Assembly (NCBI GenBank): GCA_021203765.1
Contig: JAJQAN010000022.1
Span: 1-63,494, forward strand
DNA: 63,494 nucleotides
DNA from: Coriobacteriaceae bacterium
Lineage (GTDB): Bacteria > Actinomycetota > Coriobacteriia > Coriobacteriales > QAMH01
Direction of reading: 5' to 3'
The notes below the pieces were generated by a model that had not been told where the DNA came from, made no database searches, and saw only the letters and a list, made by a program, of their open reading frames with translations. Of this stretch, positions 44,982 through 54,809 are shown piece after piece. Position 1 is the first letter of the stretch; every line of letters begins with the position of its first letter. The position numbers were made by a program, and so were the translations under genes.

Positions 44982-45578
44982 TCAGAAGGAGAAGATGACG
45001 CCGACGGCGGCGCAGACGGCGATCCACACGATGGGATGTATGTTCTTGAGCCTTCCGATGTTGCTCAGCACGATGACGATGACGAGGAGCACGAGCGGCC
45101 CGAAATTGATCAGGTCGGTGATGACGAATCCCCCGCCGCTCCACAGCGCCGCCCAGCTCTCGTCGTCGACGAGGACGAGCCTGCAGACGGTGAGTCCTGC
45201 CGCGACCAGCAACGCGACGGCGGCGGGCCTCAGCCCGTACATCAGATCTTGGTAGCGCTTGCTGGTGCGGAAGCGGTCGAGGAGTTTGGCGATGAGGATG
45301 ATGATGATCGTGCAAGGGGTGATGAGGCCGATGACCGCGATGAGGGAGCCGAGCGGGCCTTCGAGCACGTAGCCGACGTAGGACGCGAGGTTCACGCCGA
45401 AGGCGCCGGGAAGCGATTGGGCGATCGCCATCATGTCCGCCAACTGACCGGTGTCGTACCACCCCATCGAAGATCCGAGGTCCTCGAAGAAGGGGACGGT
45501 CGCATAGCCTCCGCCGACGGAGAACAGGCCGATCTTGCAGTGTTGCAGGAAGATGAGCACGAGCGTGAGCAGCATCAT
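44982..45578 (-). CDS. Chromate transporter family protein (short ChrA, half 2)
   Basis: GLFSVGGGYATVPF and IAQSLPGAFGVNLA. Confidence 0.85.
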   Translation of the reverse strand: MMLLTLVLIFLQHCKIGLFSVGGGYATVPFFEDLGSSMGWYDTGQLADMMAIAQSLPGAFGVNLASYVGYVLEGPLGSLIAVIGLITPCTIIIILIAKLLDRFRTSKRYQDLMYGLRPAAVALLVAAGLTVCRLVLVDDESWAALWSGGGFVITDLINFGPLVLLVIVIVLSNIGRLKNIHPIVWIAVCAAVGVIFSF

Positions 45579-46183
45579 GCGTCACCTCCCTGCTGTCTGG
45601 CGGCGCCGTTTGCATGGGCGCGCCGTATCCCCTGGTAGAGCAGGCCGAAGATGGCGGCTGCGAGGATGATGAGGACCGGCTCGGCAGGAAGGAAGAGGGA
45701 GAGGAGCAGCGCGCAGGCGAAGACGATGATGCCGACGGCATCCTTGATGGCGACCGGCCACATGCCGATGACCGCTTTGACGATCAGTGCGATGACCGCC
45801 ACGCGGATGCCCGCAAACGCATGCTGGACGGCCTCGATGTCGATGATGAGACCGATCAGGGTCGCGATGATGCCGACGGTGATGACCGAGGGTAGGGCGA
45901 AGCCCAAGGTCGCGACGATGCCGCCGAGGGTCCCGCGGCAGGCATGTCCGACGAAGGTCGACATGTTGGTGGCGACGATGCCGGGGGTGCTCTGCCCGAT
46001 GGCGTAGTAGTCGAGCGCCTCCTCCTGGGTGACCCAGCCGCGTTTGTCGATGATCTCTCGCTGGATGATGGGCATGATGGCATAGCCGGTATAGGTCATG
46101 AGCGACACCTTGACGAAGGTGAAAAAGATCCTCGGCAGGGAGACCTTGCCGCCCTTGTCATATGTCTCGTCCCGATTGCGCAT
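45575..46183 (-). CDS. Chromate transporter family protein (short ChrA, half 1)
   Basis: FFTFVKVSLMTYTGYAIMPIIQREI and GQSTPGIVATNMSTFVG. ATG at 46183 (RBS GGAG). 4-nt overlap with half 2. Confidence 0.83.
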   Translation of the reverse strand: MRNRDETYDKGGKVSLPRIFFTFVKVSLMTYTGYAIMPIIQREIIDKRGWVTQEEALDYYAIGQSTPGIVATNMSTFVGHACRGTLGGIVATLGFALPSVITVGIIATLIGLIIDIEAVQHAFAGIRVAVIALIVKAVIGMWPVAIKDAVGIIVFACALLLSLFLPAEPVLIILAAAIFGLLYQGIRRAHANGAARQQGGDA

Positions 46184-46358
46184 CCGTGCTCCAGTTCGGG
46201 TAGCGTACAATAACGGGTGCTGCCGCCGGGCAGCTTGCATGCCCATCACATCCGCCCGGCCCTTTGACGGGCGCGGGTGTACCGACATGCGAATTACGCG
46301 ACGACAACCGTGTCAGTATACGGGAAACATCTGGGCAATTCGATCGAAGGGAAGGGAT

Positions 46359-47291
46359 ATGGCCTATCCGAAAGTTACCATCGTCGGTGCGGGAAACGTC
46401 GGTGCCACCGCCGCCGAACTCCTGGTCCTGAAGGGGATCGCCGACGTCGTCTTATGCGACGTCGTCGAGGGGCTGCCGCAGGGCAAGGCGCTCGACATGA
46501 TGCACATGCGCTCCATCGAGAAGTTCGGCCCCACCATCACGGGCACGAACGACTATGCCGATACGGCCGGAAGCGACGTCGTCGTCATCACGGCCGGCGT
46601 CGCGCGCAAGCCGGGCATGACGCGTGAGGACCTGATCGACGTCAACTCCAAGATCATGAAAGACGTCATCGGCCAGGCCAAGGATGCCAGCCCCGAGGCC
46701 GTCTTCATCTGCGTGACCAACCCGCTCGACGTGATGACCTATCTGGCCTTCAAGGAGGCGGGTCTTCCCAAGCAGCGCCTGATGGGGATGGGCGGCGTGC
46801 TCGATTCGGCGCGCTACGCCTATGCCATCGCCGAGGCCACCGGAGCGCCCATCGACTCCATCGATGCCTATGCCGTCGGCGCCCATGGTGCCGCCATGGT
46901 CACCCTGCCACGCTTTTCGACCGTCGACGGCAGGCCGCTGCCCGAGGTTCTGACATCCGAGCAGATCGAGGCCACGACGGAACGGACCGTCAACGGCGGC
47001 GCCGAGGTCGTCGCCCTGCTCAAGACCGGCTCGGCATTCTATGCGCCCGGATCCTCCATCGCGCGCATGGTCTCAGCAATCGTCGGCGACACCCACGAGG
47101 TCATGAGCGTCTGCGCCTACCTCGAAGGCGAATACGGCATCGAGGACGCCTACATGTGCGTCCCGGTCAAACTCGGAAGGGGCGGTGTCGAAGAGATCGT
47201 CGAGTTCGACCTCGACGATGCCGAGCGGGCCGCTTTGCAGGATTCCGCCGCCTCCATCATCAAACAGGTCGAGGGTCTGGGACTGCGTTGA
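46359..47291 (+). CDS. mdh: Malate dehydrogenase (LDH-like MDH)
   Basis: KVTIVGAGNVGATAA and GVARKPGMTREDL (Arg at the substrate-specificity position). RBS GAAGGGAAGGG. Confidence 0.9.
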   Translation: MAYPKVTIVGAGNVGATAAELLVLKGIADVVLCDVVEGLPQGKALDMMHMRSIEKFGPTITGTNDYADTAGSDVVVITAGVARKPGMTREDLIDVNSKIMKDVIGQAKDASPEAVFICVTNPLDVMTYLAFKEAGLPKQRLMGMGGVLDSARYAYAIAEATGAPIDSIDAYAVGAHGAAMVTLPRFSTVDGRPLPEVLTSEQIEATTERTVNGGAEVVALLKTGSAFYAPGSSIARMVSAIVGDTHEVMSVCAYLEGEYGIEDAYMCVPVKLGRGGVEEIVEFDLDDAERAALQDSAASIIKQVEGLGLR

Positions 47292-48166
47292 TGCAGGTCA
47301 CCTCACAACTCGTCGTCGCCGCCCTGGATGAGGCCATCCCCCATCTGGCCTGCGATCTGCGGCCCGATGTGCTCGAGGGCTTGCGCTGTGCGCGTCAAGG
47401 TGAACGTGACGAACGCGCCCGGCTCGTTCTCGACCAATTGCTGGAAAACGCCGAGGTCGCCTCGCGTGACCGGGTGCCGATTTGTCAGGACACCGGTACG
47501 GTCTGGGCCTGTCTGGAGCTCGGCTCCGAAGGCGCCGAGCTCGTCGGCGACCCGTTTTCCGAGGCCGATGAGGCGGTGGCGCGTGCCTATCGCGACAACG
47601 CCCTGCGCTTCAGCACCGTGCGTGACGCCCTGACCGACCGCAGCAACCCGGGCGACAACACCCCGGCCTTCACCGAGATCCGCTACGTCCCCGGCGGCGG
47701 GGCGATGCTGCACGTCATGCTCAAAGGCGGCGGCTCGGACAACGCCTCGTGCGTGGAGATGCTGCCCCCGGGCGCGGGTGCCGACGGCGTGCGGGACGTC
47801 GTCATCAGGCGGGTGGAGGAGAAGGCTTCGTCGGCCTGTCCGCCGTTGGTCGTGGGTGTCGGCATCGGCTCGACCTTCGACGCGGTTGCGGGCCTTGCCA
47901 AACACGCGCTTCTGCGTCCGGTGGATACGCCGGCAGCAGATCCGCAGGTGGCCGCCTTCGAGGCCGATCTGTTGGAAGACATCAACGCGCTCGGTATCGG
48001 ACCGGGCGCGCTCGGCGGGGACACGACGGCTCTGGCCTGTCACATCCAGACCGCCCCGTGCCACATCGCCGCCCTGCCGGTGGCGGTCAACTTGGGCTGC
48101 TGTGCCCTGCGTTCCATCTCCATCGACTTGGAGGACTTCGAGCGGACGGGGGAGCTGCCATGGTAG
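47291..48166 (+). CDS. Fe-S type class I fumarate/tartrate hydro-lyase, alpha subunit
   Basis: VPICQDTGTV and MLKGGGSDNAS. TGATG overlap with mdh. Confidence 0.88.
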   Translation: MQVTSQLVVAALDEAIPHLACDLRPDVLEGLRCARQGERDERARLVLDQLLENAEVASRDRVPICQDTGTVWACLELGSEGAELVGDPFSEADEAVARAYRDNALRFSTVRDALTDRSNPGDNTPAFTEIRYVPGGGAMLHVMLKGGGSDNASCVEMLPPGAGADGVRDVVIRRVEEKASSACPPLVVGVGIGSTFDAVAGLAKHALLRPVDTPAADPQVAAFEADLLEDINALGIGPGALGGDTTALACHIQTAPCHIAALPVAVNLGCCALRSISIDLEDFERTGELPW

Positions 48167-48693
48167 CGCCGCGCCGCATCGACCTGCCGCTGTCACATGC
48201 GGATGCTGCCGAGCTACGCGCCGGTGAGGCACTGCTTTTGTCCGGCCCGGTCTACACCATGCGCGATGCCGGCCATGCCCGGGCGCTCGAGTGCCTTGAG
48301 CATGACGGCTCCCTGCCCTTCGGCTTGGAGGGGCAGACCATCTTCTATGCCGGACCGACACCGCCGGCCGCAGGCCGTCCTATCGGCTCGGTCGGCCCGA
48401 CGACGGCCAGTCGCATGGACTTCGCCGCTCCGCGTCTGTACGAGGCCGGCATCGTGGCGACTATCGGCAAGGGGGCCCGCGGCGACGAGGTCGCCCGCGC
48501 CTGCCGTCAGACGGACAGCCTCTATCTGGCTGCGGTCGGCGGCTCCGCCGCGTTGCTCGCCAAAAGCGTCACCTCGGCCGAGACGGTCGCCTGGGATGAT
48601 CTGGGCACCGAAGCGCTCCGCCGTCTCGAGCTGGTCGACTTCCCCTGTTTCGTCGCGCTCGACACCCACGGAGGCGACATCTACCGCGGCTGA
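48160..48693 (+). CDS. Fe-S type class I fumarate/tartrate hydro-lyase, beta subunit
   Basis: LLLSGPVYTMRDAGHARA, GPTTASRMD and IGKGARG. Overlaps the alpha subunit by 7 nt. Confidence 0.88.
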   Translation: MVAPRRIDLPLSHADAAELRAGEALLLSGPVYTMRDAGHARALECLEHDGSLPFGLEGQTIFYAGPTPPAAGRPIGSVGPTTASRMDFAAPRLYEAGIVATIGKGARGDEVARACRQTDSLYLAAVGGSAALLAKSVTSAETVAWDDLGTEALRRLELVDFPCFVALDTHGGDIYRG

Positions 48694-48743
48694 AAGGCGT
48701 TCTCAGGACACGCCGCAGGGCATCTGTGCGCACACCCTCATCT

Positions 48744-49814
48744 TCAGTTTTTCGAGAAAAAGCCTCCGATCGGCGGAGGATACGAACCTGGGCCGCCGTG
48801 CGGTCCCCGCTCATCGTCTTCGTCGTCATCGTAGGGATAGTCGTCTTCGAGGTAGTCGTCGACGAAGTCTTGGAACGAACGGTACTCCGACTGCTCCTCG
48901 GCACGCTCCCAGTCCAGGCCGTATTCGGCGCAGACCGACTCCTCTTCGTAGAGCAGCGCGAGGGCCTGGACGTTGAGGTCCTCCCCACCGACGACGGAGA
49001 GCAGCTCGAAGAGCTGGTAGGCCGTCTCAACTACCGGAGCGGTCACGTCGAGGTGCTCGGCGGAATCGAGCGCAACGCCGAGGATGTCCAGAAACTCGCT
49101 GACCTTGATACGGCCGTTATATTCGCGGTTCAGGATGTGCGGCGCGTATTCGACCAGCGCCCGTGAGCCGCCCGAGGTCGAGGCGATCGCGTTGATCGCG
49201 CCCTGTTCGGAATAGTCGGAGATGTGCGCCAGCGAAAGTGCCTCGACCACGCCCATGAGCGAGCCGGCGAAGGCAATGCAGGCGACCATGGCGGCGGTCT
49301 GTCCTTCGCCCGGCGCGCTTTGCGGAAACACGTTCGCGGCGAGGTAGGGGAACAGGGGGGAGAGCGTCTGGATGGTCTCCTCCTCGCCGCCGATGAAGGC
49401 GACGGGACCCTCCTTGTCTCCCAGGTTGACGATCGGCGCGTCGATCGCGTCGCAGTCGTTGATGGCGGCCATGGCCTGGATTTCGCGTGCGAGTTGTGCG
49501 GGTATGAAGCTGAAGTCGATGAAGTAGGTGCCGGGCTGCACCGCTTCGAGCAGCCCGTCGTCGCCGAGCATCAGATCTTCGAGATCGGCCGCGGTCGCCT
49601 GGGCGGTGATGATGATGTCGCAGGTTTCCAAGGCCTCTTCAGGCGTGCGCGCCATCGGGATGTCGGCCGCATGCAGCACGACGGCTTCCTTGGGATTGTG
49701 CACTCCGGCCACGACGTGATAGCCGGCCTGTTTCAGCTGTACGATTGCCTCGAGGGCGGCGATCTGTGCGCCGCCTCCGAAGAACGCGATGCGCGTATCC
49801 TCTGGACTGATCAT
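48744..49814 (-). CDS. 3-hydroxyisobutyrate/6-phosphogluconate dehydrogenase-fold protein with an acidic, Pro/Gly-rich C-terminal tail
   Basis: Rossmann-like IAFFGGGAQIAAL, and a HIBADH-like core APIVNLGDKEGPVAFIGG...GEGQTAAMVACI. The tail is DDYLEDDYPYDDDEDDERGPHGGPGSYPPPIGGFFSKN. Confidence 0.7.
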   Translation of the reverse strand: MISPEDTRIAFFGGGAQIAALEAIVQLKQAGYHVVAGVHNPKEAVVLHAADIPMARTPEEALETCDIIITAQATAADLEDLMLGDDGLLEAVQPGTYFIDFSFIPAQLAREIQAMAAINDCDAIDAPIVNLGDKEGPVAFIGGEEETIQTLSPLFPYLAANVFPQSAPGEGQTAAMVACIAFAGSLMGVVEALSLAHISDYSEQGAINAIASTSGGSRALVEYAPHILNREYNGRIKVSEFLDILGVALDSAEHLDVTAPVVETAYQLFELLSVVGGEDLNVQALALLYEEESVCAEYGLDWERAEEQSEYRSFQDFVDDYLEDDYPYDDDEDDERGPHGGPGSYPPPIGGFFSKN

Positions 49815-49861
49815 CTATGACCTGTCTTTCGTGTTAGGCCGCCGTTTCGAGTCGGACGGCT

Positions 49862-50794
49862 TTACTTGAATCGTTGCGCGATCTTGTCGGTGATGGAAGC
49901 GCTCTCCCGTCGGTCGTCGCCCCAGTAGGAGATGGCGACCATGCCGGGACCGACATGCGATCCGATGACCGGGCCGATGTCGCAGCGCAGGGGAGGAATC
50001 GAGACCTCATCGTGGTCGAGATGCTTGGCGACCCAGTCGCCGGCGGAGGCGTCGTCGGCGGTGCCGATCAAGACGATCTCGTCTTCGCCCCAGCCTTTTG
50101 CGCGCTCTCCGTTATAGGTCGAGCAGATGCTCTTCAGGCCCTTCTTACGGCCGCGCGCGATGCCGCTGAGCGCCAGACTGCCGTCCAGATTGAAACCCAG
50201 CAGGGCTTTGACGTCGAGTTTTGTGCCGATGCTTGCAGCTGCCGAGGGAATGCGGCCGCCGCGGCGCAGCGGCTCGAGGTCGTCGACCATGAAGGTGCAG
50301 CGGACATACCAGCGTGCCTCTTCGGCCCATTCAGCCAGCTGCTTGGCGCCCAGCCCGTGCTTACGCTGACGTATCGCCTCGTATGCCAGCAGACCTTCTG
50401 CGATGGAGGCGAGCCTGGTGTCGACGATGTAGAGCTCGAAATCGGGATACTTCTTCCGAATGTCCGCCGCGACATGTTCGATCGTCTCGAAGGTGCCCGA
50501 AAGCCCCGAGGTGAACGCCAAAAGCACGGTCGGCGTTCCCTGTTGGGCGGCGGCCTCGAACGTTTCGGTGAGAACGGAGGTCGGAATCTGCGAGGTCGTC
50601 GAAATCTCACCGTTGCGCATGCGGTCATAGAATTCCTTGGGCTGCATGCTCTCCCCGAGGTCGTCGAGGTGCTCCCCGTCATCCATTACGTACGGGAAGC
50701 GGAAGAAGTCGACGCCGGCATCGTCGAGGATGTGGCGGGGTAGATCGCAACATGAATCGAGGATCAGGTTGCAGAGTTCTTTCTTCTTTGGCAT
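49862..50794 (-). CDS. DegV-family fatty-acid-binding protein
   Basis: LILDSCCDLP, TTSQIPTSV and FTSGLSGTFE. Confidence 0.85.
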   Translation of the reverse strand: MPKKKELCNLILDSCCDLPRHILDDAGVDFFRFPYVMDDGEHLDDLGESMQPKEFYDRMRNGEISTTSQIPTSVLTETFEAAAQQGTPTVLLAFTSGLSGTFETIEHVAADIRKKYPDFELYIVDTRLASIAEGLLAYEAIRQRKHGLGAKQLAEWAEEARWYVRCTFMVDDLEPLRRGGRIPSAAASIGTKLDVKALLGFNLDGSLALSGIARGRKKGLKSICSTYNGERAKGWGEDEIVLIGTADDASAGDWVAKHLDHDEVSIPPLRCDIGPVIGSHVGPGMVAISYWGDDRRESASITDKIAQRFK

Positions 50795-50870
50795 ATGCGT
50801 CCTTCCTTCGGACTGCGCGGGCCGTGGAGCGATTGTTCACCTGTGCCGGCTCGCCGCTTGCGCTTGGGTT

Positions 50871-52334
50871 TCAGTATAGCGAATCGGTGCCGCGGGCGCG
50901 CTCAACCATATCGTTACGCAATGCAAACAGGTTGCGCTCGATACCGGCGGGATACCAGTGCGGGTTCATGAAGCGCCTGATGGAAGCGTCGAGCTGGTTC
51001 AGCTGTTCGTCGCAACGCGTGCGTGCCGTCTGTACGCTCAGGTCGAAGTCCTGTAGAACCGCACCGGCACGTGCCAGTGGGACCAGGAGCGTTTCATGGC
51101 GGGCGTCTTCGAATTTTTTGCGGTGGGACTCGTCGAGCGGGTCGATCGCCATCGCCGGTTCTCCCACGTCCGTCTCCTCATCGTAGATGAGATCGCCGAT
51201 CATCTTGCCGTCCTCGTCGAAATAGCGGCGCGTGTTCAGGATGCCGGGGATGGTCAGCTTGCTCGACTGTTCGGAGACCTTTATGCGGGGCTGCCAGGGT
51301 GCGTCCTTATCTTCCCGGATGGCCGAGAGCTTGTAGACGCCGCCGAGGGCGGATTCTCCCTCCCCGCAGCTCAAACGTGTGCCCACGCCGAAGGAATCGA
51401 AGCAGGCTCCCTGTTCGATGAGGGAGGTGATGGTGTATTCGTCCAGATCGTTGCTGCCGACGATGCCCACGTCGCCCAAGCCGGCCTCGTCGAGCATCGC
51501 CCGCGCCCGCTTGGAGAGCCAGGCGAGGTCCCCCGAGTCGATGCGGATGCCGGCCAGATGTTCGCCACGGGCGGCCATCTCCTGACCGACCGTGATAGCG
51601 TTTGCCACCCCCTGCTCGACATCGTAGGTGTCGACCAGGAGCACGCAGTTGTGCGGCATGGAGGCGGCATAGGCGCGGAACGCCGTCAGTTCGTCGGGAA
51701 AGGACATGACCCAGGAATGCGCGTTCGTCCCGCTGACCGGGATGCCGAATTCCTTGCCGGCCAGCACGTTGGAGGTCGACGCACAACCGCCGATGTAGGC
51801 GGCGCGGCTTGCGGACATCCCGCCGTCGGGACCCTGTGCGCGGCGTAAACCGAATTCGGCGATCGGGCGCCCCTGTGCTGCGTAGCACACGCGTGTCGCT
51901 TTCGTCGCGATCAAGGTCTGGAAGTTCAAACCGTTGAGGATGGCCGTTTCGAGCAGTTGGCATTGAAGCAGGGATCCTGTGACACGGACCAGCGGCTCGC
52001 GTGGAAAGACCGGTGTGCCGTCCGGCACGATATCGACGTCGACCGAAAGCTCCAGATCGCCCAGCCAGTCCAAAAAAGCGGAATCGAACAGGGAGCCGCC
52101 GTCGGATGAGGGCAGGCCGCGCAGGTATTCGATGTCTTCGTCCGTAAAGCGGAACCCGTCGATGATGTGTGCGATCTGATCGGCCCCGCAGACGATCGCG
52201 TAGCCGCCTTTGTAGGGATTTTCACGATAGAACACATAGAAGCAGGCCTGCATCGTGGAGGCCTGCTTCTGCCAATAGCCCTGCGCCATCGCGAGCTGAT
52301 ACAAATCGCACAGAAGTGTCAGGTTGCGTGCCAT
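50871..52334 (-). CDS. pncB: Nicotinate phosphoribosyltransferase
   Basis: LLCDLYQLAMAQGYW, FGLRRAQGPDG and GTNAHSWVMSF. Confidence 0.9.
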   Translation of the reverse strand: MARNLTLLCDLYQLAMAQGYWQKQASTMQACFYVFYRENPYKGGYAIVCGADQIAHIIDGFRFTDEDIEYLRGLPSSDGGSLFDSAFLDWLGDLELSVDVDIVPDGTPVFPREPLVRVTGSLLQCQLLETAILNGLNFQTLIATKATRVCYAAQGRPIAEFGLRRAQGPDGGMSASRAAYIGGCASTSNVLAGKEFGIPVSGTNAHSWVMSFPDELTAFRAYAASMPHNCVLLVDTYDVEQGVANAITVGQEMAARGEHLAGIRIDSGDLAWLSKRARAMLDEAGLGDVGIVGSNDLDEYTITSLIEQGACFDSFGVGTRLSCGEGESALGGVYKLSAIREDKDAPWQPRIKVSEQSSKLTIPGILNTRRYFDEDGKMIGDLIYDEETDVGEPAMAIDPLDESHRKKFEDARHETLLVPLARAGAVLQDFDLSVQTARTRCDEQLNQLDASIRRFMNPHWYPAGIERNLFALRNDMVERARGTDSLY

Positions 52335-52339
52335 CGTAT

Positions 52340-53815
52340 CTAGGAATCCTTCGATTTGTTGTGCTGTCCGGACTTGTTCTGCCCCGATCCCTTGTTCTTG
52401 CCGCCCGAGGATGACGTGCGGGGCTGCTGGTTGGAATAGTCGGGGCTCAGGGTCGAGGAATGCTGTCCCGGGCGCGGCTTGGAGCCGGAGGCCGCCGCAC
52501 CGTTTTGCTTGCCGGCGTTTGCCTTGCCGTCGCTGGAGGTGCCGTTACCCGACGTGCTTCCCTGCGCGTTTCGCCTGCGTCGCCGCGGCTGTTGGCCCTG
52601 TCTGCCGCCTCCTTGCTGGGAGGACTTGCCCCGGTTGTTTTTGGAGCCGTTCTGATTTTTGGAAGCGCCCTGATCCTTGGATGTGTCCCCGCCTGAGACC
52701 GAGACGCTGCGCCGTTTGCGCGCCGAATCGCGCTTGGGGGGATTCTGCGCTGACTTGCTCTTCTGGCTCGAGCCATTCTTCTTGCCCTGCTTTTTCTGCG
52801 GTGAAGAGGCTTTCTGCGAAGACGATGAGTTGCTCCGCCGCCGTGGCTTGCGCTCGACCGCTCCGCCTTTGGCCGTCGTGTCCGCCAGTTCGGGATCGGT
52901 GCTGAATGACTTGTTTCCGAGGGCCATGAGCGTCTCGTCCTGATGCAGGTCCTCCATCAAGTCGTCGAGGGCCTCCTGCGTGACCCGGCAGGGACGGGGA
53001 TTGCCCTCTTCGCCCTTCGGCTTCGGGTCGGCCTCCATCGATCCCAGGGGCACGTCGAGGCTCTGGCCGTCCTCGAGACGCAGTTTGACGATTTCGCGGG
53101 GCGTGTCGAATTCGACGACCGTCGCCATGCCGAGCGGTGTTTCGATGGCGGCCTTCTTCTTGGGCGCACGCTTTTTGAAGTCACGATAGGTTTCGAACTC
53201 ATAGCGCAGACAGCACATCAGATGACCGCAGACCCCCGAGATCTTCGAGGGATTCAGAGGCAGGTCCTGCTCCTTCGCCATGCGGACGGAGACGGATTGG
53301 AACGTGCCCATGCGGGTGCAGCACAGTTCCTGCCCGCAGTGCGCGATGCCGCCCAATAGGACCGCTTCGTCACGGACCCCGACCTGGCGCATGTCGACGC
53401 GTATGTGGAGTTCCGAGGCGAGCTCGCGTACCAGCGCTCTGAAATCGACGCGCTCATCGGCCGCGAAGTAAAACGTCGCACGCTCCTCGGCCAGCTGGTA
53501 TTCGATGGCGATCGGCTTGATGTCCAGCTCATGCTTTTTGATGAGCTTGCGGAAGAGGGGCATGGCCTCGGCGCCTTTGTCCGCCAGCTCGTCGGCGCGG
53601 GCGAAATCGGATTCGTCGGCCAGACGGACGACCGGCTGCAAAGGCGAGGTCAGCTTCTTGTCCGGATTGAAAGGTTCTCCGAGCGCCAGACCGATCGTCG
53701 TCCCACGCTCGGTCTTGACGACCACATGTGTGCCTTCGGTTATGTCAAAATCCCCGGGATCGAACCAGAGTTCCTTTGGCATGTAGCGAAGACGTACCGC
53801 TACGACTCTGGGCAT
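52340..53815 (-). CDS. ricT: PSP1/RicT (YaaT)-family protein with a ~230-aa S/G/K/N/Q-rich C-terminal extension
   Basis: The PSP1 core is IAHCGQELCCTRM...GVCGHLMCCLRYE. The tail reads SSSSQKASSPQKKQGKKNGSSQKSKSAQNPPKR...GKNKGSGQNKSGQHNKSKDS. Confidence 0.85.
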   Translation of the reverse strand: MPRVVAVRLRYMPKELWFDPGDFDITEGTHVVVKTERGTTIGLALGEPFNPDKKLTSPLQPVVRLADESDFARADELADKGAEAMPLFRKLIKKHELDIKPIAIEYQLAEERATFYFAADERVDFRALVRELASELHIRVDMRQVGVRDEAVLLGGIAHCGQELCCTRMGTFQSVSVRMAKEQDLPLNPSKISGVCGHLMCCLRYEFETYRDFKKRAPKKKAAIETPLGMATVVEFDTPREIVKLRLEDGQSLDVPLGSMEADPKPKGEEGNPRPCRVTQEALDDLMEDLHQDETLMALGNKSFSTDPELADTTAKGGAVERKPRRRSNSSSSQKASSPQKKQGKKNGSSQKSKSAQNPPKRDSARKRRSVSVSGGDTSKDQGASKNQNGSKNNRGKSSQQGGGRQGQQPRRRRRNAQGSTSGNGTSSDGKANAGKQNGAAASGSKPRPGQHSSTLSPDYSNQQPRTSSSGGKNKGSGQNKSGQHNKSKDS

Positions 53816-54807
53816 AAAGCCTCCTTGGTTTCAAAAAACATCGCCTCGAGGGCGAGTTGTGGTGTGACGTTGGCCGAAATACGTTCGCACGCCGTATCCG
53901 CCACCTGGATCGCCTCCAGGATCGGACGGACCCCGAGGCGGCCGGCAAGTTTGCGTGAAACGGCGTAGTACTCTTCACAGGCGACGTTTTCAGCATACCC
54001 CTGTGCAAGCATAACGCAATCACGCAGCCACGATTTTACGCAATGAATCGAATCGAGGAGGGACTCGCGCTGTTTGAGACTGCGCTCGCGTTTTTGGCGT
54101 TCCTCGATGCTGCGTTGGGCGCCTTGGGAGAGATAATCGGCGTTTGCCTGGAGTTCCTCTTCCTGCTGTGCGCGGAGCTCGTCGAGGCCGGCGGAGCAGT
54201 GCTCGACACAGTCCTGAGCAGAGTGGAGGAGGTCTTCGGTCCGCTCTCCCTGCACCAGTTTGATCAGGCAGTCCAGCATGAAGTAGTCGTGCGGGACGGC
54301 CTCGGCTCTCTGTGAGCAGGTGAGGACCTGGCAGCGGGAGCGCAGGGTTTCGAGGAGCGCGTCTTCGCTGGCGGCAAGCAGGATGCAGATGACCCCTTCG
54401 GGTGGCTCTTCCAGTGTTTTCAAGAAGGCGTTTGCAGCGGCGCCCTGCAGGCGGTCAGCCTGTTGCAGGATGTAGACCTTGTGGCGGGAGCGCACGGGAG
54501 CGAGCCCGGCGTCGTGGACGAGCGCGCGCACCTGCTCGATCAGATAGCCGGTCGAACTTTCCGGCTCGACGACGGAGAGGTCGGGATGTGAACGGCGCAG
54601 GGCGGCGTCGAACTCGGATTCGTCGAGGTCTCCGTCGTCGCCGCAGGCGATGCAGGCCGCCGCAAAACGCTCGGCGATCGCCTCGAGCAGATCGGTCTGC
54701 GAGCCGACGAATAGGTAGGCATGCGACATGGAGGAGTGGTCGAGTGCCGCTTGGAGCAGGGCCGTGACCTGTTCCTGGCCCTCTATGTCGTCGAAGACCT
54801 CACGCAT
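53800..54807 (-). CDS. holB: DNA polymerase III subunit delta'
   Basis: HAYLFVG and AANAFLKTLEEPP. Confidence 0.88.
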   Translation of the reverse strand: MREVFDDIEGQEQVTALLQAALDHSSMSHAYLFVGSQTDLLEAIAERFAAACIACGDDGDLDESEFDAALRRSHPDLSVVEPESSTGYLIEQVRALVHDAGLAPVRSRHKVYILQQADRLQGAAANAFLKTLEEPPEGVICILLAASEDALLETLRSRCQVLTCSQRAEAVPHDYFMLDCLIKLVQGERTEDLLHSAQDCVEHCSAGLDELRAQQEEELQANADYLSQGAQRSIEERQKRERSLKQRESLLDSIHCVKSWLRDCVMLAQGYAENVACEEYYAVSRKLAGRLGVRPILEAIQVADTACERISANVTPQLALEAMFFETKEALCPES

Positions 54808-54809
54808 TC

